DNA of 63,978 nt, counting the filler, from Candidatus Hydrogenedentota bacterium (GTDB lineage: Bacteria > JBFMHD01): assembly GCA_040752395.1 (NCBI GenBank). It is 11 parts of 11 records of this genome, joined end to end, with 100 filler letters (N's around TTAATTAATTAA, not from the genome) between each part and the next. Parts side by side here need not be neighbours in the genome. Positions count along the whole stretch, not along the records: positions 19,007 to 38,770 come from JBFMHD010000022.1; 10 more parts are not named here. One strand, given 5' to 3'. The translations under genes and the position numbers were made by a program. The notes under the pieces were generated by a model. It worked only from the letters and a program-made list of their open reading frames with translations. It made no database searches and was not told the DNA's origin. Of the stretch, positions 20,473-31,494 are shown one piece after another; within the stretch, counting starts at the first letter, position 1, and every line of letters starts with the position of its first letter.

Positions 20473-20520
20473 AAATACTTGCTTAAAAAAAGATATAAGA
20501 TAAAATTTACTCATCAACTT

Positions 20521-20644
20521 TTTTGAAGGAATTGTCATGCGGTGAACTGCACCGCCACACAAAACATGAAAAACCAGATGTTTGTTTATCTTGCTTCTTG
20601 CTTCTATTTGATATTATTAGAGTTACAACGTTTTTCAGAGGAGG
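20521..20644 (+). repeat. Modular repeat copy supplying the SD of preT
   Basis: GCGGTG-AACTG-CACCGC hairpin, (CTTGCTT)n, terminal module GGAGG 7 nt before ATG 20652. Confidence 0.9.
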
Positions 20645-20651
20645 TTTGACA

Positions 20652-21983
20652 ATGGAGAGTATTAATAAATTATTCGATATGGAACGAGGATATTCTCTAT
20701 CGCAGGCCATAGCAGAAGCTGACAGATGTCTTCTCTGTTATGATGCGCCCTGTAGTGCAGGATGTCCAGCTGATACTGATCCGGGTAAATTTATTAGAAA
20801 ACTCAGATTAAAGAATTTAAAAGGTGCTATCAGAACGATTAAAGAAAATAATATACTTGGTGGTATCTGCGGTATAGTATGTCCTACAAAACGGTTATGT
20901 GAAGAAAAATGTTCTTCAACCGAGATAGACAGACCTATAAATATCGGTAAGTTACAGCGGTTTCTTATCGAGTATGGCTGGCAGATAGGTTTTAATCCAA
21001 TTATTAAGAAGCAGTCAAATAGTATACATATCGCGGTTATAGGTTCCGGACCTGCGGGTTTGAGTTGTGCTGCTACTTTAGCAAAACAAGGCTACAGCGT
21101 AACTATTTTTGAGAAAGAAAAAAAACCAGGTGGCATCTTAAGATATGGTGTACCCTCATTTAGATTGAATGATGAATTTGTTGATAGAGAAATAAATGAT
21201 GTTCTCGCACTTGGGGTTAAGATAAAGTGTAATAAAGCTATTAAAGGGAATGGAGCGATTGAGAAGCTTTTAAAAAAAGGGTATAAAGCTGTTTTTGTAA
21301 GTACCGGGTTATCTATCCCCTATTCATTAAAAATACCTGGAGTGAATTTAAAAAATGTAACGACAGCCCAGGTCTTTTTAAGAAACGCAAGAAATGGGAA
21401 TGTTAGAAAACTCAAGCTAATGGTAAGAAATAAAAATGTCGCAATAATAGGTGGGGGTTCTGTTGCGATGGATGTCGCGTGTACGTGCAAATCGCTTGGT
21501 GCAAAAAGAGTTTATTGTATCGCGCTTGAGAGTATGAAAGAGTTACCTGCTGATAAAGATGATCTACAAATGGCTATTGATAATTATGTTATTATTAAAC
21601 CGCAGGCGCAGGTAAAAGAGATAATAGGCAGAGGTGGAGAGGTTTGTGGTGTCAGGGGTACAGAGACCGAGTGGATAAAAAAAGGGTTATTAATACCTTC
21701 GAATGTAAGAGAAGTGCCGGATACCTCATTTTCATTAAAAGTCAAAGCAGTAATAATTGCTATAGGTTCAGCTCCTGATGTGAAACTCAAAGAACAGCTC
21801 CCATCAGTTAAATTTAACAAACGAGATTTAATAGTGGTTAACAAAAACACTTTAGAGACAGCAAAGAAAGGTATATATGCAGGTGGCGATATTGTAAGGG
21901 GGCCTGCTCGTGTTATTGATGCAGTAGCTGATGGCAAGCTTGCAGCAAAATCGATTATGAAAAATATAGAAGCTCGGAGGTAA
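20652..21983 (+). CDS. preT: NAD-dependent dihydropyrimidine dehydrogenase subunit (GltD-like); true start 20652
   Basis: EADRCLLCYDAPCSAGCP, GSGPAGL, GGGSVAMD; adjacent to preA. The 43-aa N-terminus in the ORF track is repeat-derived. Confidence 0.88.
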   Translation: MESINKLFDMERGYSLSQAIAEADRCLLCYDAPCSAGCPADTDPGKFIRKLRLKNLKGAIRTIKENNILGGICGIVCPTKRLCEEKCSSTEIDRPINIGKLQRFLIEYGWQIGFNPIIKKQSNSIHIAVIGSGPAGLSCAATLAKQGYSVTIFEKEKKPGGILRYGVPSFRLNDEFVDREINDVLALGVKIKCNKAIKGNGAIEKLLKKGYKAVFVSTGLSIPYSLKIPGVNLKNVTTAQVFLRNARNGNVRKLKLMVRNKNVAIIGGGSVAMDVACTCKSLGAKRVYCIALESMKELPADKDDLQMAIDNYVIIKPQAQVKEIIGRGGEVCGVRGTETEWIKKGLLIPSNVREVPDTSFSLKVKAVIIAIGSAPDVKLKEQLPSVKFNKRDLIVVNKNTLETAKKGIYAGGDIVRGPARVIDAVADGKLAAKSIMKNIEARR

Positions 21984-21988
21984 TAAAG

Positions 21989-23227
21989 ATGCGAGATTTA
22001 AGTATAAATTTTTGTGGTAAAAACTTCCCAACACCTTTCTTGCTTTCATCTTCACCAGTGAGTAATACTGCAGAGATGATAGCACGTGGGTTTGAAGCAG
22101 GGTTTGGGGGCGTTGCATATAAAACACTTGGCGCTGACAACATAAAGATTATTCATCCATCACCAAGAATGCAGGGTTATCATTATGGCAGTAAAAGATT
22201 AATAGGTTTACAGAACGTTGAGCAGATTACTGATAGACCATTAAAAGATAATTTACAGGATATAAAATGGTTAAAAAAGAATTATCCTGATAATGTGGTT
22301 ATAGCGAGTATTATGGGGTTCTCAAAAGACGAATGGAAATATCTTGCAAAATCCTGTGAAGATGCAGGATGTGATATGCTTGAATTAAATTTCTCCTGCC
22401 CACATATGACAATCGAAGGGTCAGGAATGAAAGTTGGTCAGGCATTTGAATTATTAAAAGAGTTTACCGAGATAGTTCGTTCTGTTGTAAAGATACCTAT
22501 CCTTGCTAAACTTACTTCTAATATAACAGATATTACAGAGCCTGCGATGTATGCCAAGGAGGGTGGTGCTGACGGTATAACAGCGATTAATACTGTGCGC
22601 GGGCTTGCAGGTATAAATTTAGATGATTTTGTCCCCAGTCTAAATGTTTTTGGTAAAGGTGCTATTAGCGGATATTCAGGACCAGCAATAAAACCAATTG
22701 GTTTGAAATGTGTTGTTGAGCTTGCAAAGAAAAAAGAGCTCGGACTCCCAATTGCAGGATGCGGCGGTATTGAGACATGGATTGACGCAGTAGAATATTT
22801 ACTTTGTGGAGCTACTATTGTTCAGATGACAACAGCTGTTATAAGGTATGGCCATAGAGTTGTAGAAGATATGTGTGAAGGGTTATCGGATTTTATGGAT
22901 GCCAGAGGGTTTCAGGGAGTTAAAGACATTGTTGGACTTGCATTAACTAACATTCATGAAACAGGTGATTTTGATTTACAGCGCCAGGGTTCTGCTTTTT
23001 ATGATCTTGATAGATGTATAGGTTGTGGTCAATGTTATATTGTGTGTCAGGATGCTGGTGGTCAGGTGCTTGAGTGGGATTCTAAAAAGAGAAAGCCTAT
23101 ACCAGATGATGAAAAATGTTACAGTTGTATGATATGTTCATTTGTATGTCCTGTTAGTGACCCACCGGTTATAACATTTAGAGAGATAAAGAACAAGAAA
23201 CCATGGATACCGCAACCGTCAAGGTAG
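21989..23227 (+). CDS. preA: Dihydropyrimidine dehydrogenase subunit PreA
   Basis: ELNFSCPH, GYSGPAIKPI and C-terminal 2x[4Fe-4S] CIGCGQC / CYSCMIC. Confidence 0.92.
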   Translation: MRDLSINFCGKNFPTPFLLSSSPVSNTAEMIARGFEAGFGGVAYKTLGADNIKIIHPSPRMQGYHYGSKRLIGLQNVEQITDRPLKDNLQDIKWLKKNYPDNVVIASIMGFSKDEWKYLAKSCEDAGCDMLELNFSCPHMTIEGSGMKVGQAFELLKEFTEIVRSVVKIPILAKLTSNITDITEPAMYAKEGGADGITAINTVRGLAGINLDDFVPSLNVFGKGAISGYSGPAIKPIGLKCVVELAKKKELGLPIAGCGGIETWIDAVEYLLCGATIVQMTTAVIRYGHRVVEDMCEGLSDFMDARGFQGVKDIVGLALTNIHETGDFDLQRQGSAFYDLDRCIGCGQCYIVCQDAGGQVLEWDSKKRKPIPDDEKCYSCMICSFVCPVSDPPVITFREIKNKKPWIPQPSR

Positions 23228-23286
23228 AGGCAACCCGGGAAAAAAACTTTGTGCCTTTGTGCCTCAAACCAAGGGGTTATATTATT

Positions 23287-23805
23287 ATGAAAGAAAAGAT
23301 TATATGTGAGATTTGCGGCGAAAATGAGGCTACTGTACATTTTACTGAGATCAGGGGTAAAAAAGCTCGAAAGATTCATATGTGTGAGGAGTGTGCTGCT
23401 AAAAAAGGGATCAAGATTGTGAAAGGACAGCCACCAGGAATAAATCTTGAAAATATACTCTCTGATTTGTTTTCTTCAATTGAAGAAAAACCCGAGTATT
23501 TACCACAACTTCAGTGCCCGAATTGTGGACTGACTTATCAAGGATTTATGAGTATCAGTAAATTTAGTTGCTCAGAATGTTATAAAGCTTTTGAGTCAGA
23601 GATAAAACCTTTATTAAAACGCATTCATGGGAATATCACACATATAGGTAGAGTCCCAAAAGGTGTGTCAAAAAAGGAGAGTGTCCCTCATAAATTAAGA
23701 CAATTAAATATAGAATTAAAGAAAGCGATAGAAGAAGAACGTTATGAAGATGCAGCAAAGATACGGGATGAGATAAGAAAAATGAAAGAAAAGAAAACAG
23801 TTTAA
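23287..23805 (+). CDS. mcsA: McsA (UVR-domain activator of the protein-arginine kinase); start 23287
   Basis: Four CXXC motifs, IHG..H.G, C-terminal UVR EERYEDAAKIRDEI. Confidence 0.9.
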   Translation: MKEKIICEICGENEATVHFTEIRGKKARKIHMCEECAAKKGIKIVKGQPPGINLENILSDLFSSIEEKPEYLPQLQCPNCGLTYQGFMSISKFSCSECYKAFESEIKPLLKRIHGNITHIGRVPKGVSKKESVPHKLRQLNIELKKAIEEERYEDAAKIRDEIRKMKEKKTV

Positions 23806-23827
23806 ATTTATTTTCGGAGCAAAACAA

Positions 23828-24877
23828 ATGTTTTTTAATAATTTTTTTGAGAAGTTTGGAGAATGGCTTGGAGGAACAGGACCCCAGAGCGATGTTTGTA
23901 TAGCTTCAAGAATAAGACTTGTTAGAAACTTAAAAAATGCTGTATTCCCCCACAGAGCCACGCATCAAGAAAGCAAAAACATACTTGAAAATGTCTTTAA
24001 CTCTGCAAAGGAGATACCATTTTTGCGGAACTCTTATATGTTTGAGATCAAAAAATTAGAGAGGATCGAACAGGAGGTACTCGTAGAACGGCATTTAATA
24101 TCTAAAGACTTAATTAAATACAATTCGCCTGGTGTGATATTTGACGAAAAAGAGATTGTAAGCATAATGATTAATGAGGAAGACCATTTAAGGATGCAAT
24201 GCTTATTTTCAGGATTAGACCTCATTAATGCCTATAGGATATTAACCCGCATAGATGATGAATTGAGTGAAAAACTTGATTTCGCGTTTCATCCTGATTT
24301 CGGCTATCTTTCTGCCTGCCCTACTAATACAGGAACAGGAATAAGAGCAAGTGTTTTAGTTCATTTACCTGCCCTGGTTATCTCTGAACAGATAGGTAAA
24401 ATATTAAATACACTTGGACAGATGGGATTAGCTATACGTGGTTTTTATGGTGAAGGCACAGAAGCACTTGGCAACTTTTTTCAGGTTTCAAATCAAAAGA
24501 CGCTTGGCAAAACCGAGGAAGAGATAATAGAGAGTGTGGAAAAAGTTACGAAAAATCTTATAAACAAAGAGAGAGAGGTAAGACAGAGTCTTTTAAAAGA
24601 ATCGAAACTTAAGATTGAAGACAGTATATTCAGGGCATTAGGTATTTTATCTAATGCAAGACTTATATCTTCCAAAGAGGCTATGCAGCATTTATCGATG
24701 TTACGTCTTGGTGTAGAGATGGGAATTATTGACAAAATTTCAGTTCATAGCTTAAATAAACTATTAATTTTAATACAGCCCTCGCATCTACGCAGTTATG
24801 CAAAAATACCTGAAAATAATACAATTATGAGGGATAAAACAAGAGCTGATATTATGCGCGAACAATTACGGCACTAA
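23828..24877 (+). CDS. mcsB: Protein-arginine kinase McsB
   Basis: SRIRLVRN, NEEDHLR and CPTNTGTGIRAS phosphagen-kinase motifs. Confidence 0.95.
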   Translation: MFFNNFFEKFGEWLGGTGPQSDVCIASRIRLVRNLKNAVFPHRATHQESKNILENVFNSAKEIPFLRNSYMFEIKKLERIEQEVLVERHLISKDLIKYNSPGVIFDEKEIVSIMINEEDHLRMQCLFSGLDLINAYRILTRIDDELSEKLDFAFHPDFGYLSACPTNTGTGIRASVLVHLPALVISEQIGKILNTLGQMGLAIRGFYGEGTEALGNFFQVSNQKTLGKTEEEIIESVEKVTKNLINKEREVRQSLLKESKLKIEDSIFRALGILSNARLISSKEAMQHLSMLRLGVEMGIIDKISVHSLNKLLILIQPSHLRSYAKIPENNTIMRDKTRADIMREQLRH

Positions 24878-24921
24878 TATTGCATAAATTAATTAGATAT
24901 TTTATTATTTAACGTAGATGT

Positions 24922-25046
24922 TAAAACAAAAGATGATATGCTGACTCCGGGCTTCAGATTACAGACTACAGGCTACGGACCCCAGCCGGCTGTAGTCCGT
25001 AGCCTGTAGCCCGAATTATTAGAGTTACAGCGTTTTTCGAAGGAGG
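24922..25046 (+). repeat. Modular repeat copy (long hairpin) supplying the SD of clpC
   Basis: CTACAGGCTACGGAC-CC-CAGCCGGCTG-TA-GTCCGTAGCCTGTAG, then ...GTTTTTCGAAGGAGG 8 nt before ATG 25055. Confidence 0.9.
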
Positions 25047-25054
25047 CGTGCACG

Positions 25055-27556
25055 ATGTTTGGCCGTTATACTGAAAGGGTTGAGAGAGTTTTAAAATATG
25101 CTCGTGAAGAAGCTTATAATCTTAATCATTCAAGTGTTGATACTGAACATTTATTATTAGGTTTAATAAAAGAGGGGGAGGGTATCGCAGCTCAATTATT
25201 AAATAATCTTGGGATAGAGCTTGAGAGTGTCAGAATAGAGATTGAGAAACTGGTAACACCGGGAAAAGATACTCTGCAGATAGGCGATATAGATTTATCA
25301 CCGCGGGCCAAAAGAGTTTTACAGCTCGCACTTCAAGAAGCCCAGGCTCTTGGCCATACTTATATCGGTACTGAGCATCTGCTACTTGGATTACTGCAAG
25401 AGTCTGAGGGTTTAGCTTCAAGGGTATTATTAAATCTTGGGTTAGAGCCTGAGGTTGTACGTGAATTATTACTTGATTTACTTGGGACAGGGCATAAAGC
25501 TCCAAAACCCAAAGAAGCAAACAAGGCAGCTGGTACGCAGGTTGCACCAAAGAAAGCCACAAGAACGCCGGTTTTAGATGCGTTTTCTCGTGATTTAACC
25601 CAGCTTGGTCGGAATGGGAATCTTGATCCAGTGATTGGCAGACAGAAAGAGATAGAGCGGGTTATACAGATATTATCAAGGAGGACAAAAAACAATCCTG
25701 TGCTTATAGGCGAGCCCGGGGTAGGTAAGACAGCGATAGTTGAGGGTTTAGCGCAAAGGATTATCGAGGGTTCGATACCTCATATACTTGCAGATAGGCG
25801 GGTTGTGGCTTTAGATTTAGCAGCTATTGTTGCGGGTACTAAATATCGTGGTGAGTTTGAGGAGCGGTTAAAGAAGATTTTAACTGAGCTTAAAAGGGAG
25901 CGGAATGTTATTATTTTTATTGATGAAATTCATACGCTTGTAGGTGCGGGTGCAGCTGAGGGTGCCATCGATGCAGCTAATATCTTAAAGCCTGCTCTTG
26001 CTCGGGGTGAGATACAATGTATAGGTGCTACCACGCTTGATGAGTATCGTAAACACGTTGAAAGAGACACCGCACTTGAACGCAGGTTTCAGACAGTAAT
26101 GGTTGATGAGCCAGGTGTTAATGAAACAATCGAAATTTTAAAAGGGCTTCGTGATAAATATGAGGCTCATCACAGGGTAAAATATACAGATGATGCCCTA
26201 AAAGCAGCCGCACGTTTATCGCATCGATATATTCAGGATAGACATTTACCTGATAAAGCCATAGATGTTATAGATGAAGCAGGCTCTCGTGCAAGACTAT
26301 TAAACACCGTGCTGCCCGATAGTATTAAAGAGATGCAAAAAGAGATAGAAAAAATCAATGCTGAAAAGAACCAGGCTGTGAATAATCAGGAGTTCGAGGC
26401 CGCAGCGCGATTAAGAGATAAAGAAAAACAGATGCGTGATGATCTCGAACTGAAAAAGAAAGAATGGTTCGAATCGAAATCTAAAGAAGAAGTGATACTT
26501 ACACAAGAACAGATTGAAGAGGTTATTGCAAAATGGACCGGTATCCCGGTTGATAAACTCGCTGAAGAAGAATCTAAACGACTCCTGAAGATGGAAGAGG
26601 AACTCAGTAAAGAAATCATAGGTCAGAGAGAGGTTATAGAAGCTTTATCAAAAGCATTGAGACGTTCGAGAAGCGGGATGAAAGACCCTCGAAGACCTGT
26701 TGGAACTTTTTTATTTCTCGGACCCACAGGTGTTGGCAAAACCGAGATGGCGAGGGTTCTGGCTGAATTTATCTTTGGTGATATCGATTCTTTGATACGA
26801 CTTGATATGAGCGAATTTATGGAACGTCATACAGTATCACGGCTTGTCGGCTCGCCACCAGGATACGTCGGTTATGAAGAGGGTGGTAAATTAACCGAGG
26901 CTGTACGAAGGAAACCGTACTCCGTTGTTCTATTTGATGAGATAGAAAAGGCTCATCCAGATGTATTTAATATCTTGCTGCAGGTAATGGATGACGGCAG
27001 ACTCACTGATAATCTGGGTCATACAGTTGATTTCAGAAATACAATTATTATTTTAACCTCAAATATCGGTGGCAGATTATTATCCAAAGGCTCAACACTC
27101 GGGTTTGGACCGGGTGATAAACAAAGAGATTTTGAAAAAATGAAAGAGACTGTCCTTGAAGAAGCTAAACGTTTATTTAACCCAGAATTCATTAACAGAC
27201 TTGATGATATAATTGTGTTCAGACAGCTGTCAAAAGAAGAACTTAAATTAATAGTCGACCTGCTTACCAGCAAAGTATGTAAACATCTTTTTGAAGACAA
27301 ACACATAGAATTAAGACTGCAGGATAAAGCCAAAGAATATCTTGTTGACAAAGGTTATGACCCTAATTTCGGTGCAAGACCACTCCGAAGGGCTATACAG
27401 AAATATCTCGAAGACCCGCTCTCTGAAGAAATATTAAATGGTAATATAAAGAGTGATGACTCGGTTTCTGTAACTGTAAACAAAGAGGGTAGTTCATTGG
27501 TATTTAAATCTAAAACACCTAAAGAAAAAGAAGTAGGAAGTGATGAAAAGAAATAG
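25055..27556 (+). CDS. clpC: ATP-dependent Clp protease ATP-binding subunit ClpC
   Basis: Two Clp-N repeats, [11 protein letters not shown] domain and GPTGVGKT. Confidence 0.97.
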   Translation: MFGRYTERVERVLKYAREEAYNLNHSSVDTEHLLLGLIKEGEGIAAQLLNNLGIELESVRIEIEKLVTPGKDTLQIGDIDLSPRAKRVLQLALQEAQALGHTYIGTEHLLLGLLQESEGLASRVLLNLGLEPEVVRELLLDLLGTGHKAPKPKEANKAAGTQVAPKKATRTPVLDAFSRDLTQLGRNGNLDPVIGRQKEIERVIQILSRRTKNNPVLIGEPGVGKTAIVEGLAQRIIEGSIPHILADRRVVALDLAAIVAGTKYRGEFEERLKKILTELKRERNVIIFIDEIHTLVGAGAAEGAIDAANILKPALARGEIQCIGATTLDEYRKHVERDTALERRFQTVMVDEPGVNETIEILKGLRDKYEAHHRVKYTDDALKAAARLSHRYIQDRHLPDKAIDVIDEAGSRARLLNTVLPDSIKEMQKEIEKINAEKNQAVNNQEFEAAARLRDKEKQMRDDLELKKKEWFESKSKEEVILTQEQIEEVIAKWTGIPVDKLAEEESKRLLKMEEELSKEIIGQREVIEALSKALRRSRSGMKDPRRPVGTFLFLGPTGVGKTEMARVLAEFIFGDIDSLIRLDMSEFMERHTVSRLVGSPPGYVGYEEGGKLTEAVRRKPYSVVLFDEIEKAHPDVFNILLQVMDDGRLTDNLGHTVDFRNTIIILTSNIGGRLLSKGSTLGFGPGDKQRDFEKMKETVLEEAKRLFNPEFINRLDDIIVFRQLSKEELKLIVDLLTSKVCKHLFEDKHIELRLQDKAKEYLVDKGYDPNFGARPLRRAIQKYLEDPLSEEILNGNIKSDDSVSVTVNKEGSSLVFKSKTPKEKEVGSDEKK

Positions 27557-30245
27557 ACTATTAGTTTTTTTTCTATTATTTTTTGCAAATAATCTATTTG
27601 CAGAAGATATCCCCTCATCCATAGTAAGACCATTCAATTTTGCTATCGGTCTTTATAAACAGGAAATCTACGATGGTGCAATAGAAGAATTTGAAGATTT
27701 TCTTAAGAAGTATCCGGAAACAGCCATCTCTGATGATGCTCTTTTCTGGCTTGCTATGGCATACTGGAGAAATAATAATATAGAGAAAGCAATACAAAAT
27801 TTTAATGATTACCTCGATAAATATCCAGCTGAAAAATATACAGAATATACGATCTCATATCTCGGGCTTATTTATTTTGAAAATAATATGATTGACAGCG
27901 GAATAAAGACAATGAATGTATTACTTGACAAGTTCCCTGATAATACAATCGTTGCAGATGCTTTATTTAATAGTGGGGTAAAATTATATAATGATAACAG
28001 GTTTGATATAGCATTAAATATATTTGATATTTTAGCACGGGTTAAAGCTGACAAGAATTTTATGTCCAAAGTCAAATATTATGAAGGGCTGGCTTATTTA
28101 AAGAAAAAAGACTATGATAAAGCTGATATAAAATTAAAAGAGATATTGGACCTTAAACCTGAGGATACGATAATATTTGCCTCAGGAATGTTTTTACGTG
28201 GAGAGATAGAATATAATAAGGGTAATTACAAAAAAGCATTAGAGTATTATGAAAAGATATTACAGGATTTTGGTGATGTAAGTTCTGTTATCCCGGGTGT
28301 GTATTACAGTCTTGGTTGGACGTATTCGCAGCTTAAGGAGTATAGAAGAGGAGCAGATTATTTTTTAAGACTTTTCAAAGAGTTCCCTCAAGATAAAAAT
28401 ACGCCGCATTCTTTATTCAGAGCTTCTAATCTTTTATTACAGCTTGGCGAAATGGACGAATCAATAAAAATACTTGAAGAATTAATCGTTAGATACGAAG
28501 AATCATCTCTTCTCTCTGAAGCGTATTATACCCTCGGTTATCTCTATTATAATAAAGGTGATTATCTGACTGCAAAAAATATTTTTTTGAAATTGTATTC
28601 AATCTCTAAAAATATAGATAAAGAGAACGAAAAGCGGGCTTTGTATATGCTCGGTGAAAGTTTTTATAAACTTAGAAATTATAACACTACCATACAATAT
28701 ACCTCTTTATACCTTGATAAATATTCTAATGAACCTATGTTATTATCAAAGGTTTTGATGACACGCGCCTGGGCTTATAAAGAACTCGAAGATTATGAGC
28801 CGGCTCTCAAAGATTATCAGACTATTATAAATATTGATGCGACAACCACAAAGACCGAGGCTATATTCAGAATGGGTGAAATCTATTATAATAAAAAGAA
28901 CTGGGATAAAGCTAAAGAATATTTCACCGATCTGATTAATAATTATAAAGATTCCGAATTTGTTGAACACAGTTACTTTGCACGTGGCTTATGTTATTTA
29001 AAACTTAAGATGTTCAAGGAAAGTATAGCTGACTTTCTAAAACTTATTGAATTATATCCTGACTCCGAACATAGAGATGATGCGTATATGGATATCGGTT
29101 GGGCATATTTCAGAACCGAACAATATGAAAACGCTATTCTCTATTTCGATAAAGTTTCCGATAAAAACGAAAACTATCTTCAGGCTGTGTATCAAATCGG
29201 TGAATGTTATTTTAACATAAAAAATTATGATACAGCTATAGAGTTTTATCATAAAGTTATTGCTCTTGACCCCAATACACCATTAAGTGATGATGCCTCT
29301 TATGGCATAGGCATCTCATACCTGCACAAAAAGAGTTTCGATCGAGGTATAGCTATACTTGAAAATTTTATTAATAAATTTCCAGAAAGTGACCTTGTTG
29401 AAAACGTAAGAATGGTTTTAGGAGACCATTTCGCTTCACTTAATAATACTGATAGCGCTATATATCATTACAATAAAATTATATCCTCTAAAAAAGTGGA
29501 AAGACTTAAGGAAGAAACTTTTCTAAAACTTGGTCAGATGTATCAACAAAAAAACGACATACAAAAAGCTGTGGGTTATTATGACAGTGTAATATCGTTA
29601 AATAGCACACTGAAATCAAAGGCTATTTTACTTAAGGGGTTACTTTATAAAAATCTTGGTAAACTGAATGAAGCTATCTCCCAGTTCCGTATGATTGTTG
29701 AACATAGAATTGATGAAGCATTGATGCAGAGATGTTATTATGAGCTCGGCTATCTTTACAGTAATCTATCAGAGTGGGAGATCGCAAAAAAGTATTATAT
29801 AAAAGCTATTGAACTCGATGGCTATTATAAAGCTGATGCATATCTTGGGCTTGGTATGGTTTATTATATTCTCGAAAACTTTGATACCGCTATTAACAAT
29901 TATATATCAGCCATTGACTACGGGAATGAAGATGTAGGTTCAAGAGCCCAATTCTGGTTAGGTCAAACTTACTATGCGATGCAGAAATTCGATAGGGCTA
30001 TAAAAGAATTTTTGAAAATCTTTATATTGTATAAAGAAAGCGGAAATGCTGACTATGCTCTTTTAAGAATCGCAGAAAGTTATCAAATGCTAAATGATTA
30101 TGTAAAAGCAAAAGACTATTATGAAAGAGTAATTAAAGAATATCCGGATAGCAACTATGCTAATGAAGCAAGAGAACGGATCAAATGGCTCGATCAGGTT
30201 GGGAAAGACCTGAAAAGATTAGAAACAGGAGGCAAGAAAAGATGA
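27540..30245 (+). CDS. Large exported TPR protein with CpoB/BamD-like repeats
   Basis: Signal peptide and many TPRs of the A.F....YP.S....A type. Confidence 0.88.
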   Translation: MMKRNRLLVFFLLFFANNLFAEDIPSSIVRPFNFAIGLYKQEIYDGAIEEFEDFLKKYPETAISDDALFWLAMAYWRNNNIEKAIQNFNDYLDKYPAEKYTEYTISYLGLIYFENNMIDSGIKTMNVLLDKFPDNTIVADALFNSGVKLYNDNRFDIALNIFDILARVKADKNFMSKVKYYEGLAYLKKKDYDKADIKLKEILDLKPEDTIIFASGMFLRGEIEYNKGNYKKALEYYEKILQDFGDVSSVIPGVYYSLGWTYSQLKEYRRGADYFLRLFKEFPQDKNTPHSLFRASNLLLQLGEMDESIKILEELIVRYEESSLLSEAYYTLGYLYYNKGDYLTAKNIFLKLYSISKNIDKENEKRALYMLGESFYKLRNYNTTIQYTSLYLDKYSNEPMLLSKVLMTRAWAYKELEDYEPALKDYQTIINIDATTTKTEAIFRMGEIYYNKKNWDKAKEYFTDLINNYKDSEFVEHSYFARGLCYLKLKMFKESIADFLKLIELYPDSEHRDDAYMDIGWAYFRTEQYENAILYFDKVSDKNENYLQAVYQIGECYFNIKNYDTAIEFYHKVIALDPNTPLSDDASYGIGISYLHKKSFDRGIAILENFINKFPESDLVENVRMVLGDHFASLNNTDSAIYHYNKIISSKKVERLKEETFLKLGQMYQQKNDIQKAVGYYDSVISLNSTLKSKAILLKGLLYKNLGKLNEAISQFRMIVEHRIDEALMQRCYYELGYLYSNLSEWEIAKKYYIKAIELDGYYKADAYLGLGMVYYILENFDTAINNYISAIDYGNEDVGSRAQFWLGQTYYAMQKFDRAIKEFLKIFILYKESGNADYALLRIAESYQMLNDYVKAKDYYERVIKEYPDSNYANEARERIKWLDQVGKDLKRLETGGKKR

Positions 30246-30613
30246 ATCTTAAAAAATTTATTAGCATTTTACTATTGATTGTTTTTATAAGTTGTTGTAC
30301 AAATCTAAATTTATACTCATTATTAGCTGAAGAAGAAAAATTACCAGTTGATAAAACTACTATCAAAGGTGAAGACAAAACCAAACTTGAAGTGGGCGAA
30401 AAAGAAGAAGCTGAACTTAAAGAAAAAGACCAGCAAAAAGAAACACTTACACCTCAATTAGAAGAAACTAAAAAAGAACCAGAAGCTAAAGAAGAACAAA
30501 CAAAGAAACAGGAAAAGATTAAACGTGGGAAGGGTGAGCGATTCCTTTTCTCTAAAGCCTTCTTTGGATTATTATTACTTGTCGGTATTATTGTAGCAGC
30601 AAGCAACGATTGA
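30242..30613 (+). CDS. Small exported/membrane protein with charged linker and C-terminal TM; start 30242
   Basis: MNLKKFISILLL signal, E/K-rich middle, hydrophobic C-terminus; overlaps the TPR stop. Confidence 0.6.
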   Translation: MNLKKFISILLLIVFISCCTNLNLYSLLAEEEKLPVDKTTIKGEDKTKLEVGEKEEAELKEKDQQKETLTPQLEETKKEPEAKEEQTKKQEKIKRGKGERFLFSKAFFGLLLLVGIIVAASND

Positions 30614-30623
30614 AAAACCAAAC

Positions 30624-30704
30624 TGATACCTCTCACTTCTTCCGTTATCTTGCTTCTTGCTTCTACTTGATATTATTAGAGTTACAATGTTTTTCAGAGG
30701 AGGG
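30624..30704 (+). repeat. Short repeat copy supplying the SD of exbB
   Basis: CTGATACCTCTCACTTCTTCCGTTATCTTGCTTC...TTTTTCAGAGGAGGG, then ATG 30712. Confidence 0.9.
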
Positions 30705-30711
30705 TTCTTCG

Positions 30712-31359
30712 ATGATCGATGTAATGACTAAAGGTGGGGTTCTAATGTGGCCTATACTTCTTGAGGCAATTATAGGCCTTGGTATAATAATTGAGCGAGG
30801 TGTGATATTATATAAATCGAAAATACCAACGATTAATTTCTTTAATGAAATTAAAGAAAATCTAAGACAGGGGTTTATTTATAAAGCAATAGCCTTGTGC
30901 GATAGTTTACAGGGCCCAATCCCGCTACTTGTAAAAGAAATAATAAAAAATTTTGAGGAAAACAAAAATGTTATTAAACGTGAATCTGTCCAGCAAATTA
31001 TTGATACTATATGTGTTCGTGAAATACCTAAACTTGAAAGAAATATGGTTATATTAGCTATTATCGGTTATACAGCTACTTTATTAGGATTACTTGGCAC
31101 TGTGCAAGGTATGATTATGTGTTTTATGAAGGTTCAGGAAATGGGTGGAGTAGTAAATCCTTCTGATTTAGCAGCTGGTATCTGGACAGCTTTGCTTACT
31201 ACATTTGCTGGTTTATCTGTAGCTATACCTACTGTTATATGTTATAACTATTATGCACATTATATTAATAGAATGACAAATGAGATAGAAGTAGCTGCAA
31301 ATGAACTATATAATTTTATAAATCTGCAGTTTAGCAATGTATTAAAAAACGAGGGCTAA
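30712..31359 (+). CDS. exbB: MotA/TolQ/ExbB proton-channel protein; true start 30712
   Basis: GGVLMWPI, LLGLLGTVQGMI, GIWTALLTTFAGLSVAIP. Confidence 0.92.
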   Translation: MIDVMTKGGVLMWPILLEAIIGLGIIIERGVILYKSKIPTINFFNEIKENLRQGFIYKAIALCDSLQGPIPLLVKEIIKNFEENKNVIKRESVQQIIDTICVREIPKLERNMVILAIIGYTATLLGLLGTVQGMIMCFMKVQEMGGVVNPSDLAAGIWTALLTTFAGLSVAIPTVICYNYYAHYINRMTNEIEVAANELYNFINLQFSNVLKNEG

Positions 31360-31360
31360 T

Positions 31361-31480
31361 CTGATACTTCTCACTTCTCACTTATTACTTACGCTGTTAT
31401 CTTGCTTCTTGCGTTATCTTTCTTTTCCGTTTCTCAACCTCAACCTCTACCTTTTCTTTCTTTCCGTTATCTTGCTTCTA
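31361..31480 (+). repeat. Repeat copy between exbB and exbD
   Basis: (TTCTCAC)n, (CTTGCTT), (CTCAAC)n and CCGTTATCTTGCTTC, starting just after the exbB stop. Confidence 0.85.
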
Positions 31481-31494
31481 TTATATGGAGGGTG

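Noticed and set aside
20523-20651. N-terminal extensions of preT, mcsA, exbB, exbD, skp, UGPase and aroA in the ORF track
   Set aside because: They derive from repeat or upstream-gene sequence; downstream ATGs fit the family N-termini better.
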